Shown here: one piece after another, positions 40,321 to 54,010 of the stretch
Position numbering within the stretch: the stretch's first letter is position 1
Layout: every line of letters starts with the position of its first letter
Origin: Octopus vulgaris
Lineage: Eukaryota
Assembly: GCA_951406725.2 (NCBI GenBank)
Contig: OX597815.1
Span: 131,626,001 to 131,690,000 of the forward strand
DNA length: 64,000 nt
Direction of reading: 5' to 3'
Notes under the pieces: generated by a model
What the model was told of the DNA's origin: nothing
Database searches by the model: none
The model's input: the letters and a program-made list of their open reading frames with translations, nothing else
Translations under genes and position numbers: made by a program

Positions 40321-42013
40321 ATATATATACGATTTTCAGGATCCGAATTAATTAGGTATTTAAACAGTAAAAGCACCAAGATAGAGTCAAGGATAGCACA
40401 CCTGTGCACCGACAATGTATATTGACAAATTCGTACTTTCAGTCATGCACAGACCCACAAGTACTGACTGATTACTGAATTTTTCATCGTAGTGACACAG
40501 ATCCACTGCACTTATTCATTAGTCGACTATAAACTCCAGATGAAAACGTAGGGAAGGTTCCGAGTAAGGGGAAGAATAAATGACAACTGCATGATATGAA
40601 ATAAAGTGGCAGCTCTCAACATGTTAAGATTAATCTGTAATATTCGTCTACAGAAAACGTAATTACAGGTAGGAACTAAAACAGGGATTTTATTTAGAAT
40701 TCCCGTTTTGAACAGTTTTCATATGAATCTCCTAACATGTATTTAGTTTAAAATGATATGGAAAACATTTGGATACACTTCGAAAAATTTAACTACATAA
40801 TTGCAAACAGCAATGTTTTTTTCTTTTTTGAAAATCAAGTATTTAATAAAGTTTTGTCTGTCGAAATATTGTTGTGACAAGTTATTGATATGTATTAGAT
40901 TGGGTAAGATATATGTTCCAATATGTTCCACTATAGAGTGCAGTCCATTAAAATGTTGATCTAATCCTATTTGTAATTGATTCTGAAATCCTTCATGTAA
41001 AAAAAAAAAATATTAGCACTCTGAAATATTTGCCATGTTTACTGAAAGGGAATTTAATTTACAAATCTGATCAATCTCTTTTTGGACCAAAAGCGTTTAT
41101 AATTTTATAAAAAACAATTTGACATTAAAGTCATTATTATAATTAATGGTTAGAAATATTTTAATAAAACATTTTAAATATAATATTGTTATAAACATTG
41201 CAAACGTTTCAATTATAGAATTTAATTAATTCCCTTTGTAACTCAGCTCTTAAAGACGAGTTAAAAAATTTTTCTCATTTTTTTATCACCATTATATTAC
41301 GATAACAATCAGGTTTTCTGGGCTGTTTTAAAGCATCTGTTATTTTGTTATAAAAATATTTCGTGCTGGCATTATTAAAACGAAAACCAGTTTCTGGAAA
41401 TAAAAGGTTCTTTTTTAACTTTTCTGACAAAATTTAAAATAAATGTTTTGTTGAGCATGGCTTAGAATCGTTATTTATAGTGTTTAGGCAACTTCTTTAA
41501 ATGAAATACAAAAATCTAAATATTATAAAATATTAAAGCCTCAGAGTTATTGATTAAGAAATATTGAAGAAACAGTAAGAATTAGGTTTCGATAGACATT
41601 AGACATTTGGAACACCGTTGAAAAAACTTCTTATATAAGTAAATTTTTCAACGGAAGCTATAGTGGTGTAGTTATATGTTATATATTCATAGGAATTTAT
41701 TCACATAGATTCGTTGTTAGAGAACTTGTAACTATTGCAGTGATCTCTTGCTCACCATCGTACCACAATATAAAGTTACACAGGCCGGCGATTAAGAATG
41801 AAATAAATTTACAAGACCGAGATGACTTAAAAAACAGTGAGTGTCCTTAACAATCGCATCATATACCACACATATAGACATTATCAATGTTATACACACG
41901 AGTTAATAGAAGACAACATTACTATTTTTCTAGCTTTTACATAAAATTTGAAATATACTGCTGATTTATAGCCTACTTGCCTTGATTTAATTTTAACGAA
42001 ATTAACTGAAATA

Positions 42014-43084
42014 TTCAACGCTGAGTCTCTTTGGAATTTTGTGTTTATCTATTCTCAATAAATATTTGGTGTCATTAATGTAGTTTTCTCAGCCAGACAA
42101 GTTACAGAGCTTTATGAGAAAAAAAAACTTTCTGTCTGAGTACTTTATAAATATACATTTTTTAATGATAATGCTATTAGTGACCATAATATTTCTTATA
42201 ATAATACAAAACAATAATCAGTGTTTCTGATTAGCCATGTAGAGGGAATAATAGTTTAATGAATCAGGTTTGAAGTGATTTTCTCTTAGTATAAATATAC
42301 ATAACGTAGTATGATAGAAAACTAACCAGCAGCCTAGTTGAGGAATGATTATGAATTGTCTTAGTATATGTTATATAATATTTATCATATTGTACTTAGT
42401 ATATAACTATTTTCATAGAGATGAATGAACATCAATATGAGCGCATGAATTGTTTTCGTGTTGGTTGCCCATCATATTGCATTGTAAATCATGAACATAA
42501 CTTCAACATCATGTAACACTATGGACATCCAAACAATTCCGATAACAGAAATGAAATACAACAATGCTGGCTGGATTAGTTAGTCCACAAATACTCTGCA
42601 AACTAAATGAGAGTGCTTGATGTCAGTTGAAGACTATTCATAATATAGATTGTGAGATCAAAACTACATTAATCAATATTGTGTTAATTTCGAGGAAGAA
42701 AATTGCATTAATCGCAATTCTCTTTCTGGAAAAGTGTAAAATCTGCTAATTCATTTTTTCAATATACTTTAAGACCTCGTGGATTGTTAAGGAAGGTAAA
42801 CAGTTGCTTACAGAAAATCCAACCAGATCAAAACATACAACACATCATACTCTTTTCTTTTGCCAGGATACGAGCTTAGTGCGTTTACATATATTAACTT
42901 TGTAACGGTGTTGGTTAATAACTTTATAGACATGCACTATAGAGCATTATAGGAATATATCTGTGCATGTGTGGGCGCACATGTGCTTATATGTATGTAT
43001 CTATATATATATTATCTTCTACCTTTTACTTTGGTTCAATGATTTGATTGCGGCCATGCTGGGACATTGCATACATATACGTGC

Positions 43085-43115
<31 letters not shown>

Positions 43116-44060
43116 TGTGGAAGTATGTATGTATGTATCTATGTATGTATGTATATGCGTATGCACTTTCGTTTAATGAAAGGATGGAACAAAAATGGGA
43201 ATTCATTGTGTCGTGTGCAGAATAGGTTTTATATGCATGCACCTTAACATGCACAAATATGTTTCACTTACACATACATACATGTACTATATTTTATCGC
43301 AGTCTACAGGTTACGTCATAAACCGAGAAGGATATGAATTGTGTCAAGTCGAAATAAATTTTTATTGAATTATATACGTTAACATAACATAATAATAAAG
43401 TCACTGATAGCTTTTAAAATTGATAAGTGAATTTATTTTCCCATTTTCTATATTGGGCCTTTTGACTAAGCACAATGTTCAACGCTGAGTCTCTTTGGAG
43501 TTTAGGACTATATGTGCTTATCTTCTCTCAATAATTATTTGGTGACGCTAATGTAATTTTCTGAACCAGACAAATCATGGAGTTTTATGATATAAAAAAA
43601 TTTCTGTCTGAGTACTGTATCAATATTTTCTGACTATGGTTTAGTCTCCGTAATATTTCTAATAATTGTGGCACACCGTCGGTTACGACAACGAGGGTTC
43701 CAGTTGAACCGAGCAACAGAACAGCCTGCTCGTGAATTTAACGAGTAAAGGGCTGAGCACTCCCGACACGTGTACCCTTAACGTAGTTCTCGAGGAGATT
43801 CAGCGTGATACAGTGTGTATGAAAAGGCTGGCCCTTTGAAATACATGTACAAGAAGAAAGATTGAGAGAAAGTTGTGGTGAAAGAGTATAGCAGGGTTCC
43901 CCACCACTCCCTGCCGGAGCCTTGCGGGTCTTTATTTGTTTCCGCTCAATAAACACTCACAACGCCCGTACTGGGAATCAAGTCCACTGCCCTAACCACT
44001 GGGTTATTGTGCCTCCACTTCCTTATGATAATACAAAATAATAATCGTTATTTCTGACCT
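42014..44060 (+). repeat. Old ~220-bp direct duplication; second copy interrupted by a SINE B
   Basis: ttcaacgctgagtctctttgga..tttctgtctgagtact at ~42014 and ~43478; homology resumes after 44020. Confidence 0.7.
43667..44020 (-). mobile_element. SINE family B
   Basis: Homologous to 19818-20182 over its length. Confidence 0.85.
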
Positions 44061-44446
44061 TTTGACTAAACACATGTTGATTCCATGTTTATACAGTAAG
44101 GAAAATGAGTTGCAATAATTTTAGGTGAGGTCGACAGTGAATAAAATTGTTGAGTAAGCAGGCTAAAATAATCATAGTATATTTTGTGCCTCGTCACTTT
44201 AATTTTACAGCCATTTGGTAGCCCTTATTTTTCTTTCACCTGTAAAAAATATTTATCAATAGCTGAGCTCTTCAATTCATTAGACTGTTTTTTTTCCATT
44301 TCAGATACATTTTTACTGAATCATGCCAGCGAATACTTGAAATTTTAACCTGAAAATATGTAGTTATAAAATTAGTCTATTATATACATAGAAGCAGATA
44401 TCGATATAGTACACTTCTTGCTCAAATATTAATGACTTTCATAAAG

Positions 44447-44513
<67 letters not shown>

Positions 44514-44529
44514 CGCGCGCACATACACG

Positions 44530-44571
<42 letters not shown>

Positions 44572-45922
44572 TATACATAAATTCATTATTGAGCAATTGC
44601 ATGCTAACACGTCTTTTACATAGTCTGTAAAATTAGTAGAAAATGTCTGAGAAAAACTCTTTTCAGAAATATTACGAAGCCAATAAGAATGTCATTCACA
44701 GGCAGACAACTGAAACTAAGTGAAGTGGAGATACTGGGCGAACATGATCAGACTTTCCGATGCATACAGATGAATAATTTTTTTTTTAAATGTATAGCTA
44801 GAATTATATTTGGAAGTGGAACTACAGCACGATGTAAATGACAGCATAGCTGAATTATATTATTTGTGCAGTTACAATCTCTAACTGACGCACTGGAGCA
44901 TAGAGAGAATGAGCAATTACTAATTTTAGCAAGGAAACTATAAATGTTTTCATTATACAGGCCTGACTATTGTATATCACATTGTGCATCTTTTCAAGAA
45001 ATATTTCTCTATGAGTAAAAAAACCCCAGCTTTTCTCCATTCATGACAACTATTCAAAGAATTGTTAAGTATATCAAAATTTAGAACTGAGATGTTGATT
45101 AGAAAAAAGAAATTGTAATACATATCTTGTTGCCGTTATCTTCTGACGCCTCGCATGAGCCTGCGCTGTCTCGAACTAGGTCTACAATTTTATATCATTT
45201 CCTAGCGAAAATGGATCTAAATTCTTCCGTGCCAATCTGATGATGTGTAAATGTGAATATCGCGCAATTACTTTCTAATTCTCAATAGATTGCTAATATT
45301 GATTTCTGATATAAGAAGTTAATACTGATGAACCTTAATTTGTTCGATTCACAAATGAATTTGTTACTGAAGTATAAAAGTAATTAATAAGATGGGGAAA
45401 ACGTCGATTAAATCTATGTGCTATAGTACTCCTCATCTCTATTCTATTAAGACGAATGCGGATGGCTGATTTCACCGAAAAACCAGCTAAAATTTTAACA
45501 TATGGTTTACTAAAAGAGGTTTAGACCACTGCTGTAGGCAATCGCAGATTTGTGGTTTCTTCCCAGAAAAATCTAATAGCAATAATTCAGCATAAAAATT
45601 AATGTGAAATATAATTGTCAATCTCATTTAGATATTGAGAATAGAATAAATATAACTTTGCAAAGCTGAGTCGTGTCAATTAAGTGCTGTGACATAAAAA
45701 ATCTAATCCCTTTTCTTTTTTCATCAAGGCGATGAGTAATTGTTAAATTGATTATCAATTCTTGTAAATAAACAGACTTCTTTTAAACATAACAGGAATT
45801 TGGTACACATTTCTAGTGGAATATGAATATAGAAAAAAAGTACTTATATGATATTGAGAATTTAAGAGGTATTTCCCTTCGTATCATCGAAAACACACAA
45901 ACATATACGCACTCGTATATAT

Positions 45923-46330
45923 ACAGGGTGCGGACGGTATTTGAAGACATGCATTTTTAGACATTATTTTATTTGACTAACGTTTATTCAACGTCTATTT
46001 CAGAAAATAACAATGACAGGTCCTATGCTTACTAATGAAATGAAAAGGGATGCTGTGATTGTGGCTTTGAAGGCTAAGCATGGTGATTTAGAAATTTCTC
46101 TTTTTCTGAAAGTTGCAAGATCTTTTGTCCTCAAGATTTGGTGTGAGCTAGAGAAAAAGGTGAAACTGTATTATCTGTATCAAAACGTAAAAACATTCCA
46201 AACGCTCTGATTCTATCAGGACACCAGAATTTTTCAGGAAGTTAAGCAAAACCTTGAAAACAAGAATGACACAAGAATGACACAAGAATGTATGGCCAAA
46301 TTTTATTAACAGAGATTATATAAACTGCAA
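45923..46330 (+). mobile_element. Tc1/mariner (maT/DD37D-like) 5' remnant
   Basis: TA-CAGGGTG terminus; MKRDAVIVALKAKHGDLEISLFLKVARSFVLK HTH-like segment, then frameshifted ..KRSDSIRTPEF. Confidence 0.7.
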
Positions 46331-47019
46331 TGCATCGCGGCCCAACGTTAGCTTCACTGGCCGAAACTTCGAATTCCCTCTCAAGAATATTCTTGATTAT
46401 GATAATAAATATATATGCAAACATACATTCATGCACACACATATATGCAGATACACATAGACACACTCAATCTACGCACACTTACATGCACGAAGACTTT
46501 AATGGATACTCAGAAGTATGCCTTTTCTTTTACAATTATACCAAAATCATACCACTATAATGATATAATGACCACAACTGGCTAAATATATCTTAATTGC
46601 AATTAGAGATATATATCTGCTTTTCTTTTTCTGAGTCTTCTGACAGCATTTGCTATATCTTTTTCTCTCATTAATATTGAGAACCATATTACTGAATATT
46701 AGATTGTTATTTTTTTCTGCGCTATTTTAAGTCAAGGAATGTCCGTAAATGTTTTGGGTTAACATTGTAGTACATATTTAAAGAAAAGTACGTTCATATA
46801 TCTTTTGGAATGTAACTTGAGAAACATTACTTTGGAGTGAATTTCACATGACCTAACAATTTTATCTAAGGTTAAATAGGGCTTGCTGCCTTTGGTTTTG
46901 CTTCCAAACGATATATATAAAAAGAGAGGAGACAGATACTTGTTAGATTTAAAACTAAAATGTTATCCAATATTATCCAAATTATATCAGTATATATTTA
47001 CAATTCACACAAGACAAGA

Positions 47020-47345
47020 CCCCCGTGCAATGCGTCCCCTACAGAGGTCGAAATCACATCACATAAAAACATTTCAACACTACAAATGGTCCCGCTCCTT
47101 TCAATGTTATCCCGAAAGGAAATAAAGTAGAAAAAGAACCCACAACTTTCAAACGGTACCTGGAAAAGTTTCTCTAGGAAATACAGGATAAACCACCTAC
47201 ACCTGGATACGTCTCAAATAGTATCAACTCTCTTCTTGAGTGGTCCATGGCGTCCCGAAATAATTAACTAAAAGACTTTTCCAGGTGGTGCTAATGAGTT
47301 AATCATGGCGTGGGCCGATAATGGTCGAAACCAATCTAAGTTATT
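47020..47345 (+). mobile_element. CR1/L2-group LINE 3' end
   Basis: GP..FNVIP....TFKRYLEKFL*EIQDKPPTPGY..NSLLEW; related to 22972-23665. Confidence 0.7.
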
Positions 47346-47537
47346 TAAGTTAAGATGTCATCAGTAGCCGGCTTATATTTTGTACAATGAATTAGTTGTT
47401 ATATATATATTTCTGTTATTCATGTGAAGCACATTCCTTTTGATACACATTTTCTTCGCGCTGTTTAATAGTTAGCTATACTTAATTATACATACATACA
47501 CACACATACATACATATACATAATACATACATACAAT

Positions 47538-47584
<47 letters not shown>

Positions 47585-47852
47585 AGTAATAATAGTATTT
47601 TATAGGTGTAGGAGTGGGTAAGTGTGGTAAATAGCTTGCTTACCAACCACATGGTCCTGGGTTCAGTCCCACTGCGTGGCACCTTGGTCAGGTGTCTTTT
47701 ACAATAGCTTCTGGCCGACCAAAACCTTGTGATTGGATTTGGTAGAGGGAAACTGAAAGAAGACCGTCTATATATATATATGTGTGTGTGTGTATGTGTG
47801 TGTATGTATGTATGTATGTATGTATGTATGTATGTATGTAGGAATATACACC

Positions 47853-48287
47853 TACACAGGGTGTTGCAGGTAAATCGAGACAATTTTTACAATGCATAAA
47901 ACTGGTTATAAATATAAAATTATGGTAGTAGACAAATAGAATTTTAATATAACATTTATTACTACAAAAGCATTTATCACTCAATATGAGCACCCTTTTG
48001 AGCAATTAATGCCTAGATCTCAAATTTCTCCATTACATTTTATGGGGCGTAGTCCAAGCAAGAACTAATGCTTCACCACACTCGAGTGTCAACAGTTTGA
48101 AGATCTGCATCGTGTGTGCGACACGCAAAATCAAAAAGATGGAGGTTGCGGCCGCTGCAGAACAATTTCGTTCTTGTGTGGAGGCATTAATTGCTCAAAA
48201 GGGTACTCATACTGAGTGATAAATGCTTTTGTAGTAATATATGTTACATTAAAATTCTATTTGTCTACTACCATTATTTTTATATTT
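47853..48287 (+). mobile_element. maT/DD37D-like transposase C-terminal remnant with inverted duplicate of its 3' end
   Basis: 48013-48219 reads LDLKFLHYILWGVVQARTNASPHSSVNSLK...EQFRSCVEALIAQKGTHTE*; 47908-48014 is the reverse complement of 48182-48287; CAGGGTG terminus at ~47857. Confidence 0.8.
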
Positions 48288-48630
48288 AGGACAGACAAAG
48301 AGATTAAGTCGATTACATCGACCCCAGTGCGTAACTGGTACTTAATTTATCGATCCTGAAAGGATGAAAGACGAAGTCGACCTTGGCGGAATTTGAACTC
48401 AGAACGTAACGGCAGACAAAATACCTATTTTTTTACTACCCACAAGGGGCTAAACACAGAAGGGACAAACAAGGACAAACGAACGGATTAAGTCGACTGT
48501 ATCGACCCCAGTGCATAACTGGTACTTATTTAATCGACCCCGAAAGGATGAAAGGCAAAGTCGACCTCGGCGGAATTTGAACTCAGAACGTAGCGGCAGA
48601 CGAAATACGATTCTGCCAGCTCGCCGCCTT
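48288..48630 (-). mobile_element. Dimeric SINE family A
   Basis: Two head-to-tail monomers (48630-48428 and 48427-48288), each with the GAGTTCAAATTCC B box. Confidence 0.85.
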
Positions 48631-48873
48631 CATAAAGTGAATATATTAATCAAAGGGTACAGTTTTTTTATGGCTCTTACGGCAGATCTTGCCTATCAGT
48701 TTCTCTCTACATATAAATACTGTCCTTGAAACGTATTTGTGTGAGTGTGCACAGTAGACTCATTGTCTTTATGCGTTGGCTTACAATTACTAGCGATAGT
48801 CATGTGTAAAGCACATATACTTTTCTGCCTGTCTGTCTGTCTCTGTCTGTTTGTCCGTCTATCTGTCTCTCTC

Positions 48874-48914
<41 letters not shown>

Positions 48915-49393
48915 TTCCCAAACCCATTGTACGCCTTGTCCATAATTTTGTCAATATCTTATCTTTCATGGCCAACTATTATCCCTTCAGTTTTCACTTT
49001 TTACGACTAGTTTTCATTACTTTATTTTTCGAAATCATAACCGTTTCACGTTTCTTTACGAGTTACATTTTATAACTATTTTTCATTCACTTTATCTTCT
49101 ATAAATTCTTTATATTTTCAAATTATGACTCTGCGTCCAGTTATAAATCAGATTATCAACCTGGTTTTCTATACATTCAAAATAATTAGTTTTTGTGTAT
49201 AGCTTGTCTTTGGTATCACGTGTAGACATTTGTATTCAAAAACACATTGATATACATTTATATATTCATGTAAATATATTTTTATATGTGTATATATGAG
49301 TGTGTGTATACATACGTGTGTACATATATATGTGCCTATACATTTTTTATACACACACAGGCACACAGACACAGACACACACACACACACAGT

Positions 49394-49427
<34 letters not shown>

Positions 49428-50113
49428 CATACATATGTAGGAAGGTATTATTCGAAGTATTTATCTTTATATACAACTAAAATATTGCAGCCCTCATTGT
49501 TATTGGCAGAAATAACAGTACACTTTTGATGATAACAGATCATTAATTAGACTGTGACAAGATTCTAATTCAGATACAGCCTGCATCGATGTTGTGTCAA
49601 AGAATTATCGCTGAAATGGTATTCAGGTCAGTAATCTAATAAAAATAACCCAATGCCACGTGATCAGTATTTTAGTATAAAATGACATTTTACAGTTAGA
49701 AACATTTTTTTTTTGCACCATTTCAAATGTATTTAGAAAAAAGCTTGATCGGAGTAAATCTCATTAGGCAAGGCTTTTAAATTTTTGTCTTTTGTTCGCT
49801 AGCAAGTAAAACATTGATATAATAAAGTGAAGCACAAAATATGTTATATAGTAAAATATAGCATATAATTTTTTACATATAAGTAATAAATGCCATGTGT
49901 AGGCATGGTTGTATGGTAAGACGTTTACTACTCAACCACATTGTTCTGCACTCAGTCCCGCTGCCAAGTCTCCTTCGGCAAGTTTCTTCTACTATAGTCA
50001 TGGACCAACAAAACTTTATGAGATTTTGTAGCCGAAAACAGTAAGTGGCCTGTCGTACGTATGTATGTACGCATGTATGTCTGTGTGTATGTCTGTGTGT
50101 ATGTATGTATCTA

Positions 50114-50202
<89 letters not shown>

Positions 50203-50659
50203 CTGTATATATATATATATAGTTAGTGTGTTTTGGAGATTCCTTGATACAGTTATTTGGAGAGAAGATTTATCCGAAAAAGTTAAGATTGAGAAAAGAA
50301 CCTTTTTAGAAAGTCGAAAAACACTAACCTTTGAGAAGCGATTTCAAAAATGTGTGTGGGTTTTGATTTTATAGATGTGCAAGCGCTTTCAGTTTTTAAC
50401 ATTTTCAAGCACGTGTTATTATATATATATATATATATATATACATATACATATCTTGATAAAAATGGTAAGACAACACAAGAATGAAAGAGACTTCGAT
50501 ATTATGTAAATAGAGGAATTTATATGTGGAAATGTAAATTTTATCATGGCTACCGAACAATTGTCACATATTACATTTACAGTTATATATATATATATAT
50601 GTGTGTGTGCGTGTGTGTGTGTGTATGTATGTATGTATGTATGTATGTATGTATGTATG

Positions 50660-50690
<31 letters not shown>

Positions 50691-51944
50691 CGATTGTTTA
50701 TGAGGTTTCGAATAGAAAGAGGCTGCTCTTTCAACAAGGAGGCATTTCATCCAAGCGTACCCTGGTTTAGCTTCATATTGATTGATTTTCCTGCCATTTG
50801 TTAACCTGTTTTAGAATTGGTGTTTATTAATGTAACTTCTTCGACATCAGTGCTAACGAAGCTCCAGTGGTCGTTATGGATGTTTTCATCCATCCGACAT
50901 TGGAGAACAGAATTTTGAAAACATAATATAAAGAAAATGGTGAGTGTGGAAAGAGAACATTAATTTATTTACATGGTAGTAGTCAATTTCATGTTGCCTT
51001 CGTATGTCGCAAGTTCTAATTTCTACCTTCGTCTATGTGTTACAGTTAAATTGCATTATGAATTTAAAATGATGGAGAGTTCCTTACAGACTAAAATAGC
51101 AGCTTGTGTCTGTGTGAGAGAGAGAGCTTGTGTGTCCTTGGTTTTCATTATAAAAATAACTAGAGGCTAAACTACGATCATAGTGGACAAGAGCTTGTAG
51201 CAGTCATGAAGAACCAGGACACATTAGTATCCAATCTTAATGGAATTTAGGCTAGTGTTTTTAGAAGCTGATTAACACTTCTATCCCTACTCCCTTACCA
51301 AAGGATTCCAAAAGTAAATATATATAGATATATACATTTATTAGTAAGTATCTAAATCAATACATTTAACTTGTACTTACTTAAATAAAAGAATTTTTTT
51401 TATTAGTTATATATTTATGTGTTGTTAGTGTTTTTCGGTTGATACTTTGGGTTATAACATATACTTAGTTAAATTAATGTTCATATATTTTATTGGGGGC
51501 ATGATTTACTAATGTGATACATAGTTACATGCACAGAGTTAGACTATTTTCAAATGGTGAGAGCAAATTTTATTTTAAGATTTGTTCCCATATTTACTTT
51601 AATTTTATTATTCATCGAGTGTTTATAATTTATTATTTAATATATAACATATACATACATACATATATCAATAATACAGTGATTGTTTCTTGTCAGGAAC
51701 AAAAAGATGAATAGGACTGCTATAGAAGTGCTCTATTGAAAGAGACAAATATATCAAACTAAGGTTAAAGAACAAACAAATGCAAGGTCATCCGCATGAC
51801 ATTTCATAATTCGAGCATTTAATCATAGAATATACATTTAAACATCCCGCAAGATGGAACATAATTCATCTGTACAAGCAATAAGCATATAATAAGGTGC
51901 GAGAAAGAAGTTCATCACGGTTTAGAGTTAATACATTAGCGATT

Positions 51945-52366
51945 CAGAAAAATACATTTAAAAAAAAAACATTACAACATCTAGAAAGTAAAAATATAAT
52001 ATAAAGTAATATATAAAAATATATAGGTATATAAAAATATATAAAATATATATATAGGAAGCATATAAAAAATATATAATATATATCATGTAAATAAAAT
52101 AAAAGTTCATCGTTTAGAAATCTTATAAAACTATTCAAGTAAGAGAAGCCTTATAGTTAAAGAAGAGGAAACCATATTTACTTAATCCTTATGGCCATTT
52201 CAGGGGTGTATTATTATGTTTAAAGCACTAGGGTGCATCAAGATAATACCTCCTTCGTCAGGGGAAAAATACAGAAAGACAGACATCATCGTTTACCAGG
52301 CTAACACAATGTTGTGTGCTTTCCTATTGAAGCATTCACGCTCGGATAAGCCCAAAAGGAAGAGTT
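51945..52366 (-). mobile_element. 3' pLTR of the Penelope-like element, with long-stem-II HHR (52186-52265)
   Basis: TCCC CTGACGA AGGAGGTATTAT...ATAATACACCCCT GAAA TGGCCA TA AGGA; lies downstream of the GIY-YIG at 54327-54790 once the nested element is removed. Confidence 0.7.
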
Positions 52367-54010
52367 TTCTTTATTACCCACTAGGGGCCACACAGAGGGG
52401 GACACTACAAACATTGGGGACATAGAACATCACGATTACAACGAATGAAAGATGAATTTTGAAAATGATAATATGAAAGTGATGCTAACGGCCCCATCCG
52501 CTAGCATCACTTCCCTGTCCTTTAGTCGTTAATCCCACACAAATGCTCCTTGTTCAGTTCCTATACAAAGTCCTTCCATCTCCATCCTTGTTTCAAACGT
52601 CTCTTCCAAATCCCTCATGATTTTTTCGACAATTCTCACTTCATTTACTTCTCAATCCTCACTTCATTTACTTCTCAATCCTCCCTTTCACACATTATCA
52701 TAAACTCGTCCATTCGTTCTTTTTCAATTACTGCATACCTGATCGGTCCTCTGTCACACCATTGATATTCTTCCATTGTCTTTTTAATTTTTTTCTTTTC
52801 CCGTCATACATACAATGTTTGGCCTGGGTTCATTTTTTGTATCATGGTTGTGTGTGTCTTTTCCTTTCTGTTTTCTTGTTGGAGGGGAGCGGGTGGGTTC
52901 ACTGTCCGCAGGGAGAGGGTGGGACTCAGAGGGTGTGGGTGGTGTTGGGGTGGTTTGGGATTCCATACTGTTTGCTTTTCCTCTTATTCTTCTTTTCCTC
53001 TTTCTCCTGGCTTCTTTCCATTCTTTTGAATTATTTTCTTCTTCTGTTATCTCCTCTTCTGTTTTCTACTCTTTTTCCGCCTCTCTTTGTTGTTCCGCAT
53101 CCATATCTTTCTCTGGGGGAGGGCAGTTAGCTCTTATGTGGCCCCTCAGGCCACACTTGTAACAACGTGGAGCTCTGCCCTCAACCCACACTCTCATGAT
53201 TACGTCTCCCAATCTGATGTTCTCTTCTAGGTCCTCCAGTACATTATCCTCCGCCTGCATATTTAGATCCAGTGTCGCGCCTCTCCAGCCCTCGGTCTTT
53301 ACCGTGGCATGGAAGATGTCCACTTCATCCTCATGATCGCTAATTGTAGCTGTCACAATCCACTCAGCTTCGACGTTTGGGGGTATTCCCTCAACCCTTA
53401 TTCTAGTAATTTTCCTGTTGAAGTATGAGGGCAAAAGGAATACCCTCTCAGATTTCACTGCTTTCGCCGCCATCCTCCTTGCTGTATTTTCACTCCTGAA
53501 CTGTACCACCACAGTACCATAGCTTATACCTCTTGTCAGAAATATTATTTCCACTTCTGTTCTTCTCAGAGCCTCCTCTATCCACTCCATATTCACCACT
53601 TTGATTTTTCTCTTTCCGTTTACGTAGACCCTGTTTGTAATGGTCCTTTTCTCGTACCATTCTCTGCGCTTTCGTGGCGGTGCCAATTCCACCTCACCTC
53701 CGTCCTTCCTGACATACGTCTGGTAACTTGGCAGCTTGGCCAAGTCCAACCCTCTCTCCTCCGATTTTTTAGCCACTCCAGCATAGGTATTACCTAGTTT
53801 CTGGTCCATTCTCCTCACCGCTTCCTCCAATTCCTCCTCAGACGTAGACAAGTCCGATAGGGTTTCGAACATTCTTGCCGTCTCTCCCATTTGGGAGGGA
53901 TTGTTCTTGTCTGTCTTAACGCAGACAGACAAACACCGCGCATCCGTACAACAAAAAACGCTTAACAAAACTTACGTGCAACGCAGCAACAAAAATTAAC
54001 TCACGACTTC
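52367..54010 (-). mobile_element. ORF1-only non-LTR retroelement (HAL1-like) nested in the Penelope-like element
   Basis: 5' UTR, zinc-knuckle ORF1, short 3' UTR with hairpin, AATAAAGAAAA tail and a degenerate ~21-bp flanking duplication; no room for EN/RT. Confidence 0.7.
53066..53890 (-). CDS. LINE ORF1/gag-like nucleic-acid-binding protein with CCHC zinc knuckle (probably truncated by a premature stop)
   Basis: ATG at 53890 (MGETARMF); RIRVEGIPPNV..W RRM-like segment; RVWVEGRAPRCYKCGLRGHIRANC. Charged and Pro-rich coding-like sequence continues through stops and frameshifts to ~52530. Confidence 0.8.
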   Translation of the reverse strand: MGETARMFETLSDLSTSEEELEEAVRRMDQKLGNTYAGVAKKSEERGLDLAKLPSYQTYVRKDGGEVELAPPRKRREWYEKRTITNRVYVNGKRKIKVVNMEWIEEALRRTEVEIIFLTRGISYGTVVVQFRSENTARRMAAKAVKSERVFLLPSYFNRKITRIRVEGIPPNVEAEWIVTATISDHEDEVDIFHATVKTEGWRGATLDLNMQAEDNVLEDLEENIRLGDVIMRVWVEGRAPRCYKCGLRGHIRANCPPPEKDMDAEQQREAEKE

